In this document: one piece after another, positions 1 to 9,685 of the stretch
Numbering within the stretch: the stretch's first letter is position 1
How the letters are laid out: each line of letters starts with the position of its first letter
DNA from: an uncultured Anaerolineaceae bacterium
GTDB lineage: Bacteria > Chloroflexota > Dehalococcoidia > Tepidiformales > Tepidiformaceae
Assembly (NCBI GenBank): GCA_964474285.1
Contig: CAYYSD010000003.1
Coordinates: 478-64,477 of the forward strand
Direction of reading: 5' to 3'
Length of the DNA stretch: 64,000 nucleotides
Notes under the pieces: generated by a model
Database searches by the model: none
What the model saw: only the letters and a program-made list of their open reading frames with translations
What the model was told of the DNA's origin: nothing
Position numbers and translations under genes: made by a program

Positions 1-966
1 ATCGTCCGCATGGCCGACGCCCTCGGGTTCAGCTTCGCTTTCCCCGCCGGGCGGTGGAAGGGCCTTGCCGGCGACCGGATCGACTGGCGCGGGGCGAGTC
101 TCGACACCATCACGCTGACCGCCGCACTGCTCGAAGCCACGACGCGCATCACTCTCCTCACGACGATCCACACGAACGTCTTCAACCCCGTAGTGGCTGC
201 CAAGTTCGGCGCGGACATGGACCAGATTGGGCAGGGCCGCTGGGGGCTGAACATCGTCAGCGGCTGGGGCGTCCACGAATTCGAGTCGATGGGCATCCCG
301 CTCCTGAACCACACGGACCGCTACCGCTACACGGCGGAATGGCTTGCCATCATCCGGCGGCTGTGGGCCTCCGGAGAGTGCACGTTCCACGGAGAGTATT
401 TCGATATCAGCGAAGCGGTCTGCAGGCCTCGCCCCGCGCAGATCGGCTCTGCGCTGGTCGTGAATGCAGGACAATCGAACACCGGCCTTCGCTTCGCCGC
501 TACGAGCGCCGATTACCTCTTCACGCGTGCCGGGAACGCGGCTCGCTTCCACGGCATTGCGAAGGAGGTCGGGCGCGATGTCGGTGTCATCGGCACGGTG
601 AAGCTGCTGATGCGCGAAACTCGCGCGGATGCGGACGCTCTGGCAGAGCAGATTGCGTCCGGGGTCGATAAGGGCGCGCTGCGTTCGCTCATGATTGCCA
701 ACGGGTCGCACACGGCGGAGACGGCCGACGCTGCCCTCGCGGTGGATGGTGCGGCAGAGGCGCAGGCGATCGAAGGCGCCATTATCGGCACGCCTGACGA
801 TATTGCGGCCGGCCTGGCTGAACTCGCGGCGGAAGGCATTGATGGATTCTGCCTGACCCTTTTCGACTACACGCGAGAGTTGGAGCTTTTCGGCAGGCGC
901 GTGATCCCGCAGTTGCGAGAACGCCTGGGCGAACGCGGGCAGCGGCTCGCGCTGACAACGGACTAA
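1..966 (+). CDS. LLM-class (bacterial luciferase-like) flavin-dependent oxidoreductase, 5' end probably cut by the window edge
   Basis: ORF 10..966. The frame stays open back to nt 1. The core LGFSFAFPAGRW...LLTTIHTNVFNPVVAAKFGADMDQIGQGRWGLNIVSGW resembles the TIM-barrel of luciferase-like monooxygenases, which normally have about 30 more N-terminal residues. Confidence 0.7.
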   Translation: MVRMADALGFSFAFPAGRWKGLAGDRIDWRGASLDTITLTAALLEATTRITLLTTIHTNVFNPVVAAKFGADMDQIGQGRWGLNIVSGWGVHEFESMGIPLLNHTDRYRYTAEWLAIIRRLWASGECTFHGEYFDISEAVCRPRPAQIGSALVVNAGQSNTGLRFAATSADYLFTRAGNAARFHGIAKEVGRDVGVIGTVKLLMRETRADADALAEQIASGVDKGALRSLMIANGSHTAETADAALAVDGAAEAQAIEGAIIGTPDDIAAGLAELAAEGIDGFCLTLFDYTRELELFGRRVIPQLRERLGERGQRLALTTD

Positions 967-986
967 ACCGCAGGCGGGTGGAGGAT

Positions 987-2048
987 ATGGTGGAAGTGGA
1001 ACTCATCAGCTCGATTACGCAATTCGTCCCGACCGTAGCCAGGCCTGACCCCTCGCGGGTGGGCGAGGCAGCGCGGCGCGCGGAAGCGGCGGGCTTCGAC
1101 ACTGTCCTCGTGGGCTACGGCAGCACGCGCGCCGACGGCTGGATGGTGGCCGCGGAGGCGCTCTTCCGAACATCGAAGCTGACGGTTCTCTATGCCCACC
1201 GGCCCGGCTTCATGGCTCCGACCGTGGCCGCGCGCATGGGTTCTACGCTCGATGTCTTCTCTGGCGGCCGCCTGAAGTTCAACATGATCACCGGTGGCTC
1301 AGCCGGCGAACAGCGCCGCGACGGCGACTTCGAGGACCACGACACGCGCTACGAACGCTCAATCGAATACGTCGAGCTGATGAAACGCGTGTGGATGGCG
1401 GAGGAGCCCTTCGACTTCGAGGGCCGCTTTTACCATGTCGAACGCGCCTACCACGACATTCGCCCGGTTCAACGGCCTCACCCGCGAATCTACCTCGGCG
1501 GTTCGAGCGAAGCCGCGAAGCCCTTCGCTGCGCGCTGTGCCGACGTCTATATGTCGTGGAGTGAACCGGTGGCCGAAGTGAAAGCGCGCTTCGATGAGAT
1601 TCGGAACCTCACTCGTGCAGAAGCGCGACCAGACCCCGGCTTCTCCGTCAGCATGCGGCTCATCATGGCGGAGACCGAGGATGCAGCGTGGGAGAAGGCG
1701 CGCGCCATGATTCCCGCTGAGTTGGCGGCGAGACCGTTGCGCGGTGCCCACAGCGAAGACGTCGGCCGCAGCCGGCAGGTCGCCTTCGCCGCGAAGGACG
1801 TGCACGACGATCGTCTCTGGTTTGGCATCACGGCGCTGACGGGCGGTCAAGGCAGCACCGGAGCTTTGGTGGGTACGCCGGCGCAGTGCATCGAATCGCT
1901 TCTGCGGTACGTGGAAGCGGGCGCGACCGCACTCCTCCTCACAGGACCGGACGGCGCCTACGCCGACTTCCCGGCGGGCTTCCTCGACGAACTCCGGCGT
2001 GAAGGCGACGCGATCCTTTCCCGGCGCGAGGCGGCCTCCGCGGGCTGA
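987..2048 (+). CDS. LLM-class flavin-dependent oxidoreductase
   Basis: ORF 978..2048. GGAGGA lies at 980-985, and candidate starts at ATG 987, GTG 990 and GTG 996 leave the exact start uncertain. AEAAGFDTVLVGYGS...LDVFSGGRLKFNMITGG...YLGGSS are luciferase-like monooxygenase hallmarks. Confidence 0.75.
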   Translation: MVEVELISSITQFVPTVARPDPSRVGEAARRAEAAGFDTVLVGYGSTRADGWMVAAEALFRTSKLTVLYAHRPGFMAPTVAARMGSTLDVFSGGRLKFNMITGGSAGEQRRDGDFEDHDTRYERSIEYVELMKRVWMAEEPFDFEGRFYHVERAYHDIRPVQRPHPRIYLGGSSEAAKPFAARCADVYMSWSEPVAEVKARFDEIRNLTRAEARPDPGFSVSMRLIMAETEDAAWEKARAMIPAELAARPLRGAHSEDVGRSRQVAFAAKDVHDDRLWFGITALTGGQGSTGALVGTPAQCIESLLRYVEAGATALLLTGPDGAYADFPAGFLDELRREGDAILSRREAASAG

Positions 2049-2051
2049 CCG

Positions 2052-4589
2052 TCATGCATGGGCGCGCGCAAGGAGCCCGGGAGCATACGCCGTGCCCACC
2101 GCACCCGTCGCCAGGAGTCGCTCGTACTCCTCCGCGCTGAGACCAAGCAACTGGCGGTAGACGTACTCGTTGTCTTCGCCGAGCCGGACGGGTGCGCGGC
2201 GCAGTGGATTCGGGGTGCTCGTCATTTTCCATGCCGGGCCGGCATAGAGGTGACGTCCCGTCGACGCGTTTTCCAGAGGCTGGAAGAAGCCTCGATGGGT
2301 GAGTTGCGGGCAGGCGATTCGCTCGGCGCCCCGCTGGAGCGGCCCGGTGGCGATACCTGCGGCCTGCAGCTTGCGAAACAGCGCCCATTTCTCCTGGGCC
2401 CGCGTACGTTCAGCGATGCGGCGGTCCAGTTCAGCGGCGTTGGCCATGCGCGCGCCCGCCGTCGCGAAGCGAACATCCGCGCCGAGGTCACCGAGGTCCA
2501 ATGTCGCGCAGAGCCGTGCGAAGTCGTCGTCGTCCTCGCACTCAATCGCGATCCACTCGTCATCGCCGATGCACGGGTAGACGCCGTGCGGCGCGTTCCG
2601 GCGGTGGCGGTTCCCCCATGGCCCCAGGTCTTTCCCGTTCATAGTGACGTCGAGGATCAGTTCTGCGAGGACTGGCAGGAAGTTGTCGGCCTGGGCGAGC
2701 TCGATGTGCTGTCCTTGCCCGGTGAGGCGGCGGTGGCGAAGGGCCATGAGCACCGCGAGGGCCGCGTGGACCCCGGCGAAGGCGTCCGCTGTGTAAGCGT
2801 CCCCGGCCTGGTCCGGGGGCCCGTCAACGTACCCGCGAGCGACGGTGTGGCCGATGGTGCCCTCCAGTTGCGTGCCGTGGGATCGGTACCAGCTGTAGGG
2901 ACCGGAGAGGCCGTACGCGGGCATACTCACCATCACCAGGTCCTGCCGATGCGGCACGAGGTCCTCGTAGGTGATCTTTGCCTTCGCAATCGTCTCCGGG
3001 ATGTTGTTTTCGACGAAAACGTCGCAGGTCTCGATGAGACGCAAGAAGTGGTCGCGCCCTTCCTGCGTCATCACGTCGCATGCCATCGAACGCTTATTCC
3101 GAGCGTGGCTGTTGAACCCGGAGTTGCGGTTCCACGGGTCCGAACCGGGCTCTGCGTTCGGGAACCCGCCACGGGAAGCGATACCGAGTGAGCCCCGGTG
3201 CATTTCCTCTTCTCGCGACGTCTTGCGTTCACCCCAGCGCGTCTGTGGCTGGATGCGGGTGATCGGCTCCACCCGGATGACTTCCGCCCCCCAGTCGGCA
3301 AGCAATTGTGTGGCGTGGGGCCCGGCCCACACGAGGGTGATGTCGCCGACCCGCACACCCTCGAGTGGCAGCCGTCCCGGGCCCGCACTCGTCACGACGC
3401 GTACAGGTTCGACGGTTAGCGCCGCTGCTTCCGCTCGAATGGCCACGCCGTGTTCATCAAGCCTCGGCGCACGCGTGAGCGGAGGGGGTGGGGAAGCGGG
3501 CAGGCGAAACGGATGCCCGGGCACTGTGATCGACCCGCCCTGGCTGTCGGCGACCGTCTCCCAGAAGCCGCGCGCCTGGAAGTGTGCATCCTTCACGAGA
3601 TCTGTGAGCGTGTTGATCGCGCCTGCGAGCAAACGCGCTCGCTGGGCGGCTTCCACTACCTCGGTCTTTGAGCGCTCCAAAAGCCAGACGGCATACGCCC
3701 CTTCGACCTCTTCGAAGAACTCCACCGTGCCAATGCGGCCGGCCGTTCCGGGATCGTCGGCGAGGTCCGGGCGCTCAATCATGCGCAGGAAGTCGCGCAC
3801 CTTGTTCGGGCTCACGTTGATATGGACATAGCCATCGGCGCAGGGGCGTATGCCGTTGGCAAACGCGGTGCCGTGCAACTGACGCCGGGGCTCGGTGCCG
3901 TTGTAGATGAAGTTCTGGAGATACGGCGCGGAGCGGTCCCTTGTTCCAACCTGCGTTTCGTAGATGGACAGGTCGATGTGGTCGCCCTCCCCGGTCTCAT
4001 CGCGGCGATGGAGCGCGGTCATGGCCGCCAGGGCAGCCATCGAGCCTGCATGGTAGAGCGCGACCGCGCCGCCGCCGCCCACCCGAAGGGGCTCGCGGTT
4101 CGCGCTGCCAGTCCAGAGCATCGGCCCGCCCATCGCCTGCGCCACGAGGTCTGTCATCCGCAGTCCGGCGTAGGGTCCGTCCTGGCCCCATGGCGTGATC
4201 GACACCAGGACCGCCCCGGCGCGCTGAGCGCTCAACGCTTCATAGCCCATGCCGAGATGGGCCATGCGGCCCGGTTCGAAGTCTTCCACCACGACATCCG
4301 CGGCCGCCGCAAGTTCCCGGGCGACTGCGAGGTCGGAGGCAGCATCGAGATCGAGGACGATGCCACGCTTGTTCATATTGAGAAAGAGGAATCGGCCCGA
4401 GCCCTCGATGTGCTCAGTGTTGCCCTTGAACGGACCATGGCGGCGCGAACGGTCGCCGCCGGGTGGTTCCACCTTCATGACATCGGCGCCGTATTCGGCG
4501 AGCAGCCTGGTCGCGAACGGTCCGGCCACATCGGTCGTGAATTCGAGGACGCGCAGTCCCGCCAGGGGGCCTCCTTGTTTGCCTGCCAC
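2052..4589 (-). CDS. tandem two-module family III (CaiB/BaiF-type) CoA-transferase
   Basis: 845-aa ORF with a GTG start at 4589 preceded by GGGAGGAG. There are two modules, each opening with the family signature: LAGLRVLEFTTDVAGPFATRLLAEYGADVMKVEPP and LEGVRVGDITLVWAGPHATQLLADWGAEVIRVEP. No stop codon lies between the modules. Confidence 0.85.
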   Translation of the reverse strand: MAGKQGGPLAGLRVLEFTTDVAGPFATRLLAEYGADVMKVEPPGGDRSRRHGPFKGNTEHIEGSGRFLFLNMNKRGIVLDLDAASDLAVARELAAAADVVVEDFEPGRMAHLGMGYEALSAQRAGAVLVSITPWGQDGPYAGLRMTDLVAQAMGGPMLWTGSANREPLRVGGGGAVALYHAGSMAALAAMTALHRRDETGEGDHIDLSIYETQVGTRDRSAPYLQNFIYNGTEPRRQLHGTAFANGIRPCADGYVHINVSPNKVRDFLRMIERPDLADDPGTAGRIGTVEFFEEVEGAYAVWLLERSKTEVVEAAQRARLLAGAINTLTDLVKDAHFQARGFWETVADSQGGSITVPGHPFRLPASPPPPLTRAPRLDEHGVAIRAEAAALTVEPVRVVTSAGPGRLPLEGVRVGDITLVWAGPHATQLLADWGAEVIRVEPITRIQPQTRWGERKTSREEEMHRGSLGIASRGGFPNAEPGSDPWNRNSGFNSHARNKRSMACDVMTQEGRDHFLRLIETCDVFVENNIPETIAKAKITYEDLVPHRQDLVMVSMPAYGLSGPYSWYRSHGTQLEGTIGHTVARGYVDGPPDQAGDAYTADAFAGVHAALAVLMALRHRRLTGQGQHIELAQADNFLPVLAELILDVTMNGKDLGPWGNRHRRNAPHGVYPCIGDDEWIAIECEDDDDFARLCATLDLGDLGADVRFATAGARMANAAELDRRIAERTRAQEKWALFRKLQAAGIATGPLQRGAERIACPQLTHRGFFQPLENASTGRHLYAGPAWKMTSTPNPLRRAPVRLGEDNEYVYRQLLGLSAEEYERLLATGAVGTAYAPGLLARAHA

Positions 4590-4622
4590 CTGTTCTCCTC
4601 CCTGTCTGCGGGCGTTCCGGGT

Positions 4623-5792
4623 TTAGCCCCGCGGAAGCCCGAGTCCGCGCGTCGCAATCACGTTGCGGTTGATTTCGCTCGTTCCCGCGGCGATGGTCGC
4701 GCGCGTGCTGTCGAGATAGCGGAAGGCGAGGCGCGCTTCCATGGGCGCTCGCGGCTCCTTGCGATAGAGGTTGCCGTACATGCCGAGCAGCCGGATCCCT
4801 GTTCGCGCCGTACGCTGTCCGCTTTCGGAGCGGAAGTTCTTGAGCACCGAAGCCTCGTGGTTCGGGAGCATGCCGCGCTTCTGCATCGAAATGATGCGGT
4901 AGGAGAAGAGCTTACAGAGTTCGGCTTCAATCGCTCTCTCGGTCAGTTCCAGGCGAACCGAGGGCGCGACCTGGCCCGGCGCCGCTTGCTTCGCATAGTC
5001 GACGAGGTCGATGACCTCGTTGCGAAGCTCGACGCTCCGGCCGATGTTCGAACGTTCGAAGTCGAGCAGGGTCGCCCCGACGTACCAGCCGCGGTTCATC
5101 TCGCCGACCATCTGCCTGGCCGGTACACGAACGTCTTCGAAAAAGACTTCATTGAAGTGGTGGACGTTTGCCATGTTCACGAGCGGTCGCACGGTGACGC
5201 CGGGCGTTTTCATGTCGAGCAGGAACATCGAAATGCCGCGATGCTTGGGGGCGGAAGGGTCCGTCCGGGCGAGCATGAACATCCAGTCCGCCCGGTGGCC
5301 GTTCGAAGTCCAGATTTTCTGGCCGTTGATGATGAAGTCGTCACCGTCGCGTTCGGCGCGGGTCTGGAGCGAGGCGAGGTCTGAACCCGAGCCCGGCTCC
5401 GAATAACCCTGGCACCACACGATTTCGCCAGACGTGATGCGCGGGAGGAAGGTCGACTTCTGCTCGTCGCTGCCGTGGATGATGAGCGTGGGGCCGAGCA
5501 TCCTGATCCCGTTGTCGAAGATCGACGGGATGCGGTGGTTCGCCAGCTCTTCGAGGAAGATGAACTGTTCGCCGGGCGACATGCCGCCACCGCCGTACTC
5601 TTTGGGCCAGTGCGGCGCTGCCCAACCCCGTTCGCGAAGCGCCTGTCGCCATTGGGGGTAGCCGTAGACGGCGTCCGGGCTGATCTCCATCGCCTCGGAA
5701 AACTCACGGCCTCCGTTGGGGAAATGTTCGAGAGCGAGTTCACGAACGTTTGCGCGAAAGGCCGCCTCTTCAGGCGAATCGGTGAATTGCAT
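4623..5792 (-). CDS. acyl-CoA dehydrogenase (FadE-type)
   Basis: 389-aa ORF with GGGAGGTG before ATG 5792. Motifs: WPKEYGGGG, CQGYSEPGSGSD and the C-terminal AAGTSEINRNVIATRGLGLPRG, which includes the usual catalytic Glu. It sits 33 nt upstream of the tandem CoA-transferase on the same strand. Confidence 0.9.
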   Translation of the reverse strand: MQFTDSPEEAAFRANVRELALEHFPNGGREFSEAMEISPDAVYGYPQWRQALRERGWAAPHWPKEYGGGGMSPGEQFIFLEELANHRIPSIFDNGIRMLGPTLIIHGSDEQKSTFLPRITSGEIVWCQGYSEPGSGSDLASLQTRAERDGDDFIINGQKIWTSNGHRADWMFMLARTDPSAPKHRGISMFLLDMKTPGVTVRPLVNMANVHHFNEVFFEDVRVPARQMVGEMNRGWYVGATLLDFERSNIGRSVELRNEVIDLVDYAKQAAPGQVAPSVRLELTERAIEAELCKLFSYRIISMQKRGMLPNHEASVLKNFRSESGQRTARTGIRLLGMYGNLYRKEPRAPMEARLAFRYLDSTRATIAAGTSEINRNVIATRGLGLPRG

Positions 5793-6120
5793 GGTCCCAC
5801 CTCCCGGGTCGAAGCCGGGCCAGCGCGGCCCGTTCGTTTGACACTCGTCAAGCAGGACATCTTACGCGAGGGCAGTCAACGGGCCATGCCGGGCAGGGTC
5901 GTTCCAACCGTCACGGAACTTGCTGGACCCGTGGCAGGCGGCGAATCCCGCCCGATCGCCCACCTTTCGTTGGACCATTGGCCGCGTACCCAACTCCACG
6001 CTCAGGCCATGCTCGAATCAGGCCCCATTGCGGGCCGTCAGGGCGCGAGCCCGGTCTCTCGACTGGTTCTGTCTGCCCTGCCGCGGTTCGGCACGCTGAC
6101 AGCGCGCCAAGGAGATGCGC

Positions 6121-8742
6121 ATGTTCGGTCATCCGAAATGGATAGCCCTCATTGCAATGGCCCTGGCGCTTGCGACCGGCTCGCAAGGGCCCTTCGAAGG
6201 TGTCCGCGCCGCAGCGATCATCACCGTGACCGGGAGTGCGGATGGCACGCTGGGAGCCCTCGCGGGCAATGGAACCTGCGATCTGCGAGAAGCCGTGCAT
6301 GCCGCCAACGACAACGTCCCCTATGGGGAATGCCCGGCGGGCCAGGCAGGAGTCGATACGATCGCCTTTGACATCGGTCCCGGCGGCGTCGTCACGATCA
6401 CCCTCGTCGATGGTCTGCCGGTGATCACCGAAGCGGTGACGATCGATGGATCGACGCAGGGCGGTCTGCCCACTCCGATGATCGAGCTGAACGGCAATTC
6501 GACGGCTGCGAACGGCCTGGCGATCCAGGCGTCACAGACGACGGTGCGCGGGCTTGCCATCAATCGATTCGTTCAAAACGGGGTCGGTATCTACCTTGCC
6601 ACCGACGTTGTCATCGCCGGGAATCACATCGGTCTTGATCCCGCGGGCACGATTGACCGCGGCAACGCCATCATGGGCATCTTCGTATCGGACCAGGCGT
6701 CGGTCAGGATCGGCGGCACAGACCCCTCCGACCGGAACATCATTTCCGGCAACGGTGTGGATGGAGTCTACGTCTCGGGAATCAACGCAAGTGCGACCAT
6801 CCTTGGGAACTACATCGGCACCGATGTCACCGGCACCGTCGCGATCCCCAACGACGACGACGGCGTTCATTTTGACGGCAGCGGCTCCGTCATCGTTGGC
6901 GGCACTGAATCCGGGGCCGGGAACCTGATCTCCGGCAACGGGGTCAACGGCATTGTCGCCTCAGGCGTCAATGGCGGTGCGACGATCCAGGGCAACTTCA
7001 TCGGCACGAACGCTTCGGGGACGGGCGCCCTCGGCAACCAGGTGGCGGGGATAGCGACCTTCACATTCAACACGCTCATCGGCGGTACCGTACCGGGCGC
7101 GCGGAACGTCATCTCGGCGAACACCTCTGGCGTTATGATCCATGCGGACGCGACACAGACTCGGGTGCAGGGAAACTTCGTCGGCACCGACGTCACGGGA
7201 ACGCAGCATCTCGGCAACTCCGTTGGTGTCCGGGTGATAGGTGACGCCAACACGATTGGCGGGACGACGGGCGTCACCGCGGACTTGTCGAGCTGCACCG
7301 GGGCGTGCAACATCATCTCGTGCAGCACGCCCCTCGCGGGCCTGGCGATTGAAGGTGATCGGAACGTCGTCCAGGGCAATTTCATCGGGACCGACGTCAA
7401 CGGAACCGCCGACCATGGGAACGATGGCCCGGGTATCTTCATCGACGCGACCCTCGGCGGTTCCCCGTCGATGAATCTCATCGGTGGCCTGGTCGCGGGC
7501 GCGGGCAACTTGATTGCGTTCTCGGGGCAGGACGGAATCCGCATTCAAGGGACCGGCGCGAGCGGTAACACCATCCAGGGCAACTTCATCGGGACCAATC
7601 CTGCGGGTGCGGACCTCGGCAACACGGGCGACGGCGTCCGCGCATTCGACTCCGGACCGAACCTCATCGGCGGATCGACGGGAGGCAACACCATTGCCTA
7701 CAACGACGGCGCGGGCGTGACCGACATCTTCGCCACCGGGTCGCTGTTCAAGGGCATCTCTCGCAACAGCATCTTTTCGAACGGAGGGCTCGGGATCGAC
7801 CTGGGCGCAGACGGCGTCACTCCGAATGACCCGGGCGACGTGGACACGGGCGCCAACGACCTCCAGAACTTCCCGGTGCTCTCATCGGCGGTGGTCAACG
7901 CTGGTACCCGGATAGAGGGCAGTCTGGATAGCCAATCGGACGTCCTCTATCGCATTGAGTTCTTCGCCAGCGCCACCTGCGATCCCTCCGGCTATGGCGA
8001 AGGTCAGCGCTTCCTGGGATTCACCAACGTCACGACGGACGGGAACGGACACGCGGCGTTCAGCGCCACGGTTGCCAGCGCCGCCTCTTCAGGCGAGGCC
8101 ATCACCGCAACGGCTATGGACCCTGCCTTCAATACATCTGAGTTCTCCGCTTGCATCCCTGTCTCGGGAGGGGGCGATCCATGTCCTGGCCCGGCGATGA
8201 TCGCCCTGGGCCCGGGTGCCAACGGTCACGTCGTCTGCTCGGCCGGTTTCCCTCTGATCGCGGGCCAGTTCGCGCTCCGTGCTCCCGGCACCCTGCCCGA
8301 TTCGGTCACCGCCGTGTTCGAGTGGAACAACGCCCAGCAGCTGTTCAAGTTCTGGTTCCGCGGCTTTCCCGAAGGCTTCCAGACGCTCGCCAGCCTGGTC
8401 GACGGCCGCTACTACTTCTTCCAGTCTTCGGGTTCCGGCAGCTTCGCGAACACCGGGGGCAGCTCAACCCTCGCGCCATCCGGGACGACATCCATCAACC
8501 CAACGGTTGCAGGTGCCAATGGTGTGGTCTGGGCGGGCGGCGATCATGCCATGAATACGTTCAACACCTATGCCAGCATCGATGACGCCACTGCGGTCTT
8601 CTGGTGGAACAACGTCCAGCAACGCTTCGACTTCTGGTTCCGCGGCTTCCCCGACGGCTTTCAGACGCTGACGGCCGGTATCGAACGGGGGAAGTACTAC
8701 TTCTTCCAGTCCCCGGCCAATCAGCAGATCCCAATGGACTAG
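6121..8742 (+). CDS. secreted CSLREA-motif / right-handed parallel beta-helix repeat protein with a duplicated C-terminal unit
   Basis: ORF 6115..8742. ATG 6121 is better spaced from AAGGAG (6109-6114). It has a signal-like KWIALIAMALALATGS, a CDLREAVHAAN motif, many GN.IGTD..GT / N.ISGN repeats and GANDLQNFPVL. Two W/F-rich units near the C-terminus are described in the findings. Confidence 0.75.
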   Translation: MFGHPKWIALIAMALALATGSQGPFEGVRAAAIITVTGSADGTLGALAGNGTCDLREAVHAANDNVPYGECPAGQAGVDTIAFDIGPGGVVTITLVDGLPVITEAVTIDGSTQGGLPTPMIELNGNSTAANGLAIQASQTTVRGLAINRFVQNGVGIYLATDVVIAGNHIGLDPAGTIDRGNAIMGIFVSDQASVRIGGTDPSDRNIISGNGVDGVYVSGINASATILGNYIGTDVTGTVAIPNDDDGVHFDGSGSVIVGGTESGAGNLISGNGVNGIVASGVNGGATIQGNFIGTNASGTGALGNQVAGIATFTFNTLIGGTVPGARNVISANTSGVMIHADATQTRVQGNFVGTDVTGTQHLGNSVGVRVIGDANTIGGTTGVTADLSSCTGACNIISCSTPLAGLAIEGDRNVVQGNFIGTDVNGTADHGNDGPGIFIDATLGGSPSMNLIGGLVAGAGNLIAFSGQDGIRIQGTGASGNTIQGNFIGTNPAGADLGNTGDGVRAFDSGPNLIGGSTGGNTIAYNDGAGVTDIFATGSLFKGISRNSIFSNGGLGIDLGADGVTPNDPGDVDTGANDLQNFPVLSSAVVNAGTRIEGSLDSQSDVLYRIEFFASATCDPSGYGEGQRFLGFTNVTTDGNGHAAFSATVASAASSGEAITATAMDPAFNTSEFSACIPVSGGGDPCPGPAMIALGPGANGHVVCSAGFPLIAGQFALRAPGTLPDSVTAVFEWNNAQQLFKFWFRGFPEGFQTLASLVDGRYYFFQSSGSGSFANTGGSSTLAPSGTTSINPTVAGANGVVWAGGDHAMNTFNTYASIDDATAVFWWNNVQQRFDFWFRGFPDGFQTLTAGIERGKYYFFQSPANQQIPMD

Positions 8743-8803
8743 ATTCGCCCTCCTGGTAAGCCGGCGAGCTACAACTAGCCGTTGATTCTGCGAAACGACT
8801 GCA

Positions 8804-8830
8804 GGGGCCGGTTCGATGAGAACCGGCCCC
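8804..8830. terminator. bidirectional stem-loop between convergent genes
   Basis: GGGGCCGGTTC-gatga-GAACCGGCCCC, a perfect 11-bp GC-rich stem with a 5-nt loop. It lies 62 nt after the beta-helix gene stop and 39 nt after the TetR gene stop. Flanks are only moderately T-rich. Confidence 0.5.
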
Positions 8831-8868
8831 ACTGATTTCCGAATTCGTTTTCGCCCCGGGTAGAAACT

Positions 8869-9561
8869 CTAGGCTTGTGGCGACTCGACAGCCGCGCCTT
8901 CGCTCTCTCCGAGGGCGGCGAACTTGCGGCGGCCCTTGGGGGTCAGCACGCCTTCGATCAACATGGTCCGCAACAACGAGGAGAACTGTGGCGGCTTCAC
9001 TTCGCCATCTTCGCTGTACCAGTTCGCCGTGCGGGCGATGGAGCCGAGCAAGATGGCGACGATGAGCCTCGGACGGCCCTCGATGAAAACGCCTGTTGCC
9101 TGGCCGCTCGCCACTGCCTCTTCAAGGATCATTGCATAGGCGCGTTGAGCAACGCCGATGCGCCGGCTCACCTGCGGCTGCACTGCGACGATCTCATGGA
9201 AGAACATGTACTTGCGATGGCGGTCGAGCGTCATGTCGATCGTGATATCGATGAGGTGGACGAGTGCCGCGACAGGATCGGTGTACCGGCAGACTGACTC
9301 GCGCGCCTGGGCACTCGAGTTTTGAAGGAGCACGATACGCACTTCAGCGTAGAGATCCTCCTTCGAGGAGAAGTGATAATAGACCGTTGCCTTGGTGACT
9401 CCGGCCGCGTGGGCGACGTCATCGATGGACGACGCAGCGTAGCCTCGTTCGCCGAAGATGTTCGCCGCAGCGGCGACGATTGACTCGCGAGTTCCGCCAG
9501 CCGTCTTGCTCCGCCGACGATTGATCTGGCTCGACTGTTCTGCCTCCACCACGCGTTGCAC
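8869..9561 (-). CDS. TetR/AcrR-family transcriptional regulator
   Basis: 230-aa ORF. The N-terminal HTH region is RESIVAAAANIFGERGYAASSIDDVAHAAGVTKATVYYHFSSKEDLY. It is divergent from the ABC/CoA operon starting at 9776. Confidence 0.85.
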   Translation of the reverse strand: MQRVVEAEQSSQINRRRSKTAGGTRESIVAAAANIFGERGYAASSIDDVAHAAGVTKATVYYHFSSKEDLYAEVRIVLLQNSSAQARESVCRYTDPVAALVHLIDITIDMTLDRHRKYMFFHEIVAVQPQVSRRIGVAQRAYAMILEEAVASGQATGVFIEGRPRLIVAILLGSIARTANWYSEDGEVKPPQFSSLLRTMLIEGVLTPKGRRKFAALGESEGAAVESPQA

Positions 9562-9685
9562 ACCCCCGTTTGAACACTGTGTCCGCTCTTGAGACGGCCC
9601 GAAGCCCGGCGCCTGGCCCGCTCTAGAATGCCAGAAAGCGATGCTGCGGTCTCAAGAATGATCTCACGATCGGCCGGACGGATGA

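Noticed and set aside
2052-4589. My first reading: catalytic Asp in the x-D-L-x-A-Q-A-x-x-G motif, which would have made the N-modules active and the C-modules dead
   Set aside because: Recounting Frc and CaiB from memory places Asp169 about 28 residues further on (ALGDSNSG in Frc, YTADYFSG in CaiB). Using that register reverses the assignment. This is recorded because the conclusion depends entirely on the alignment register.
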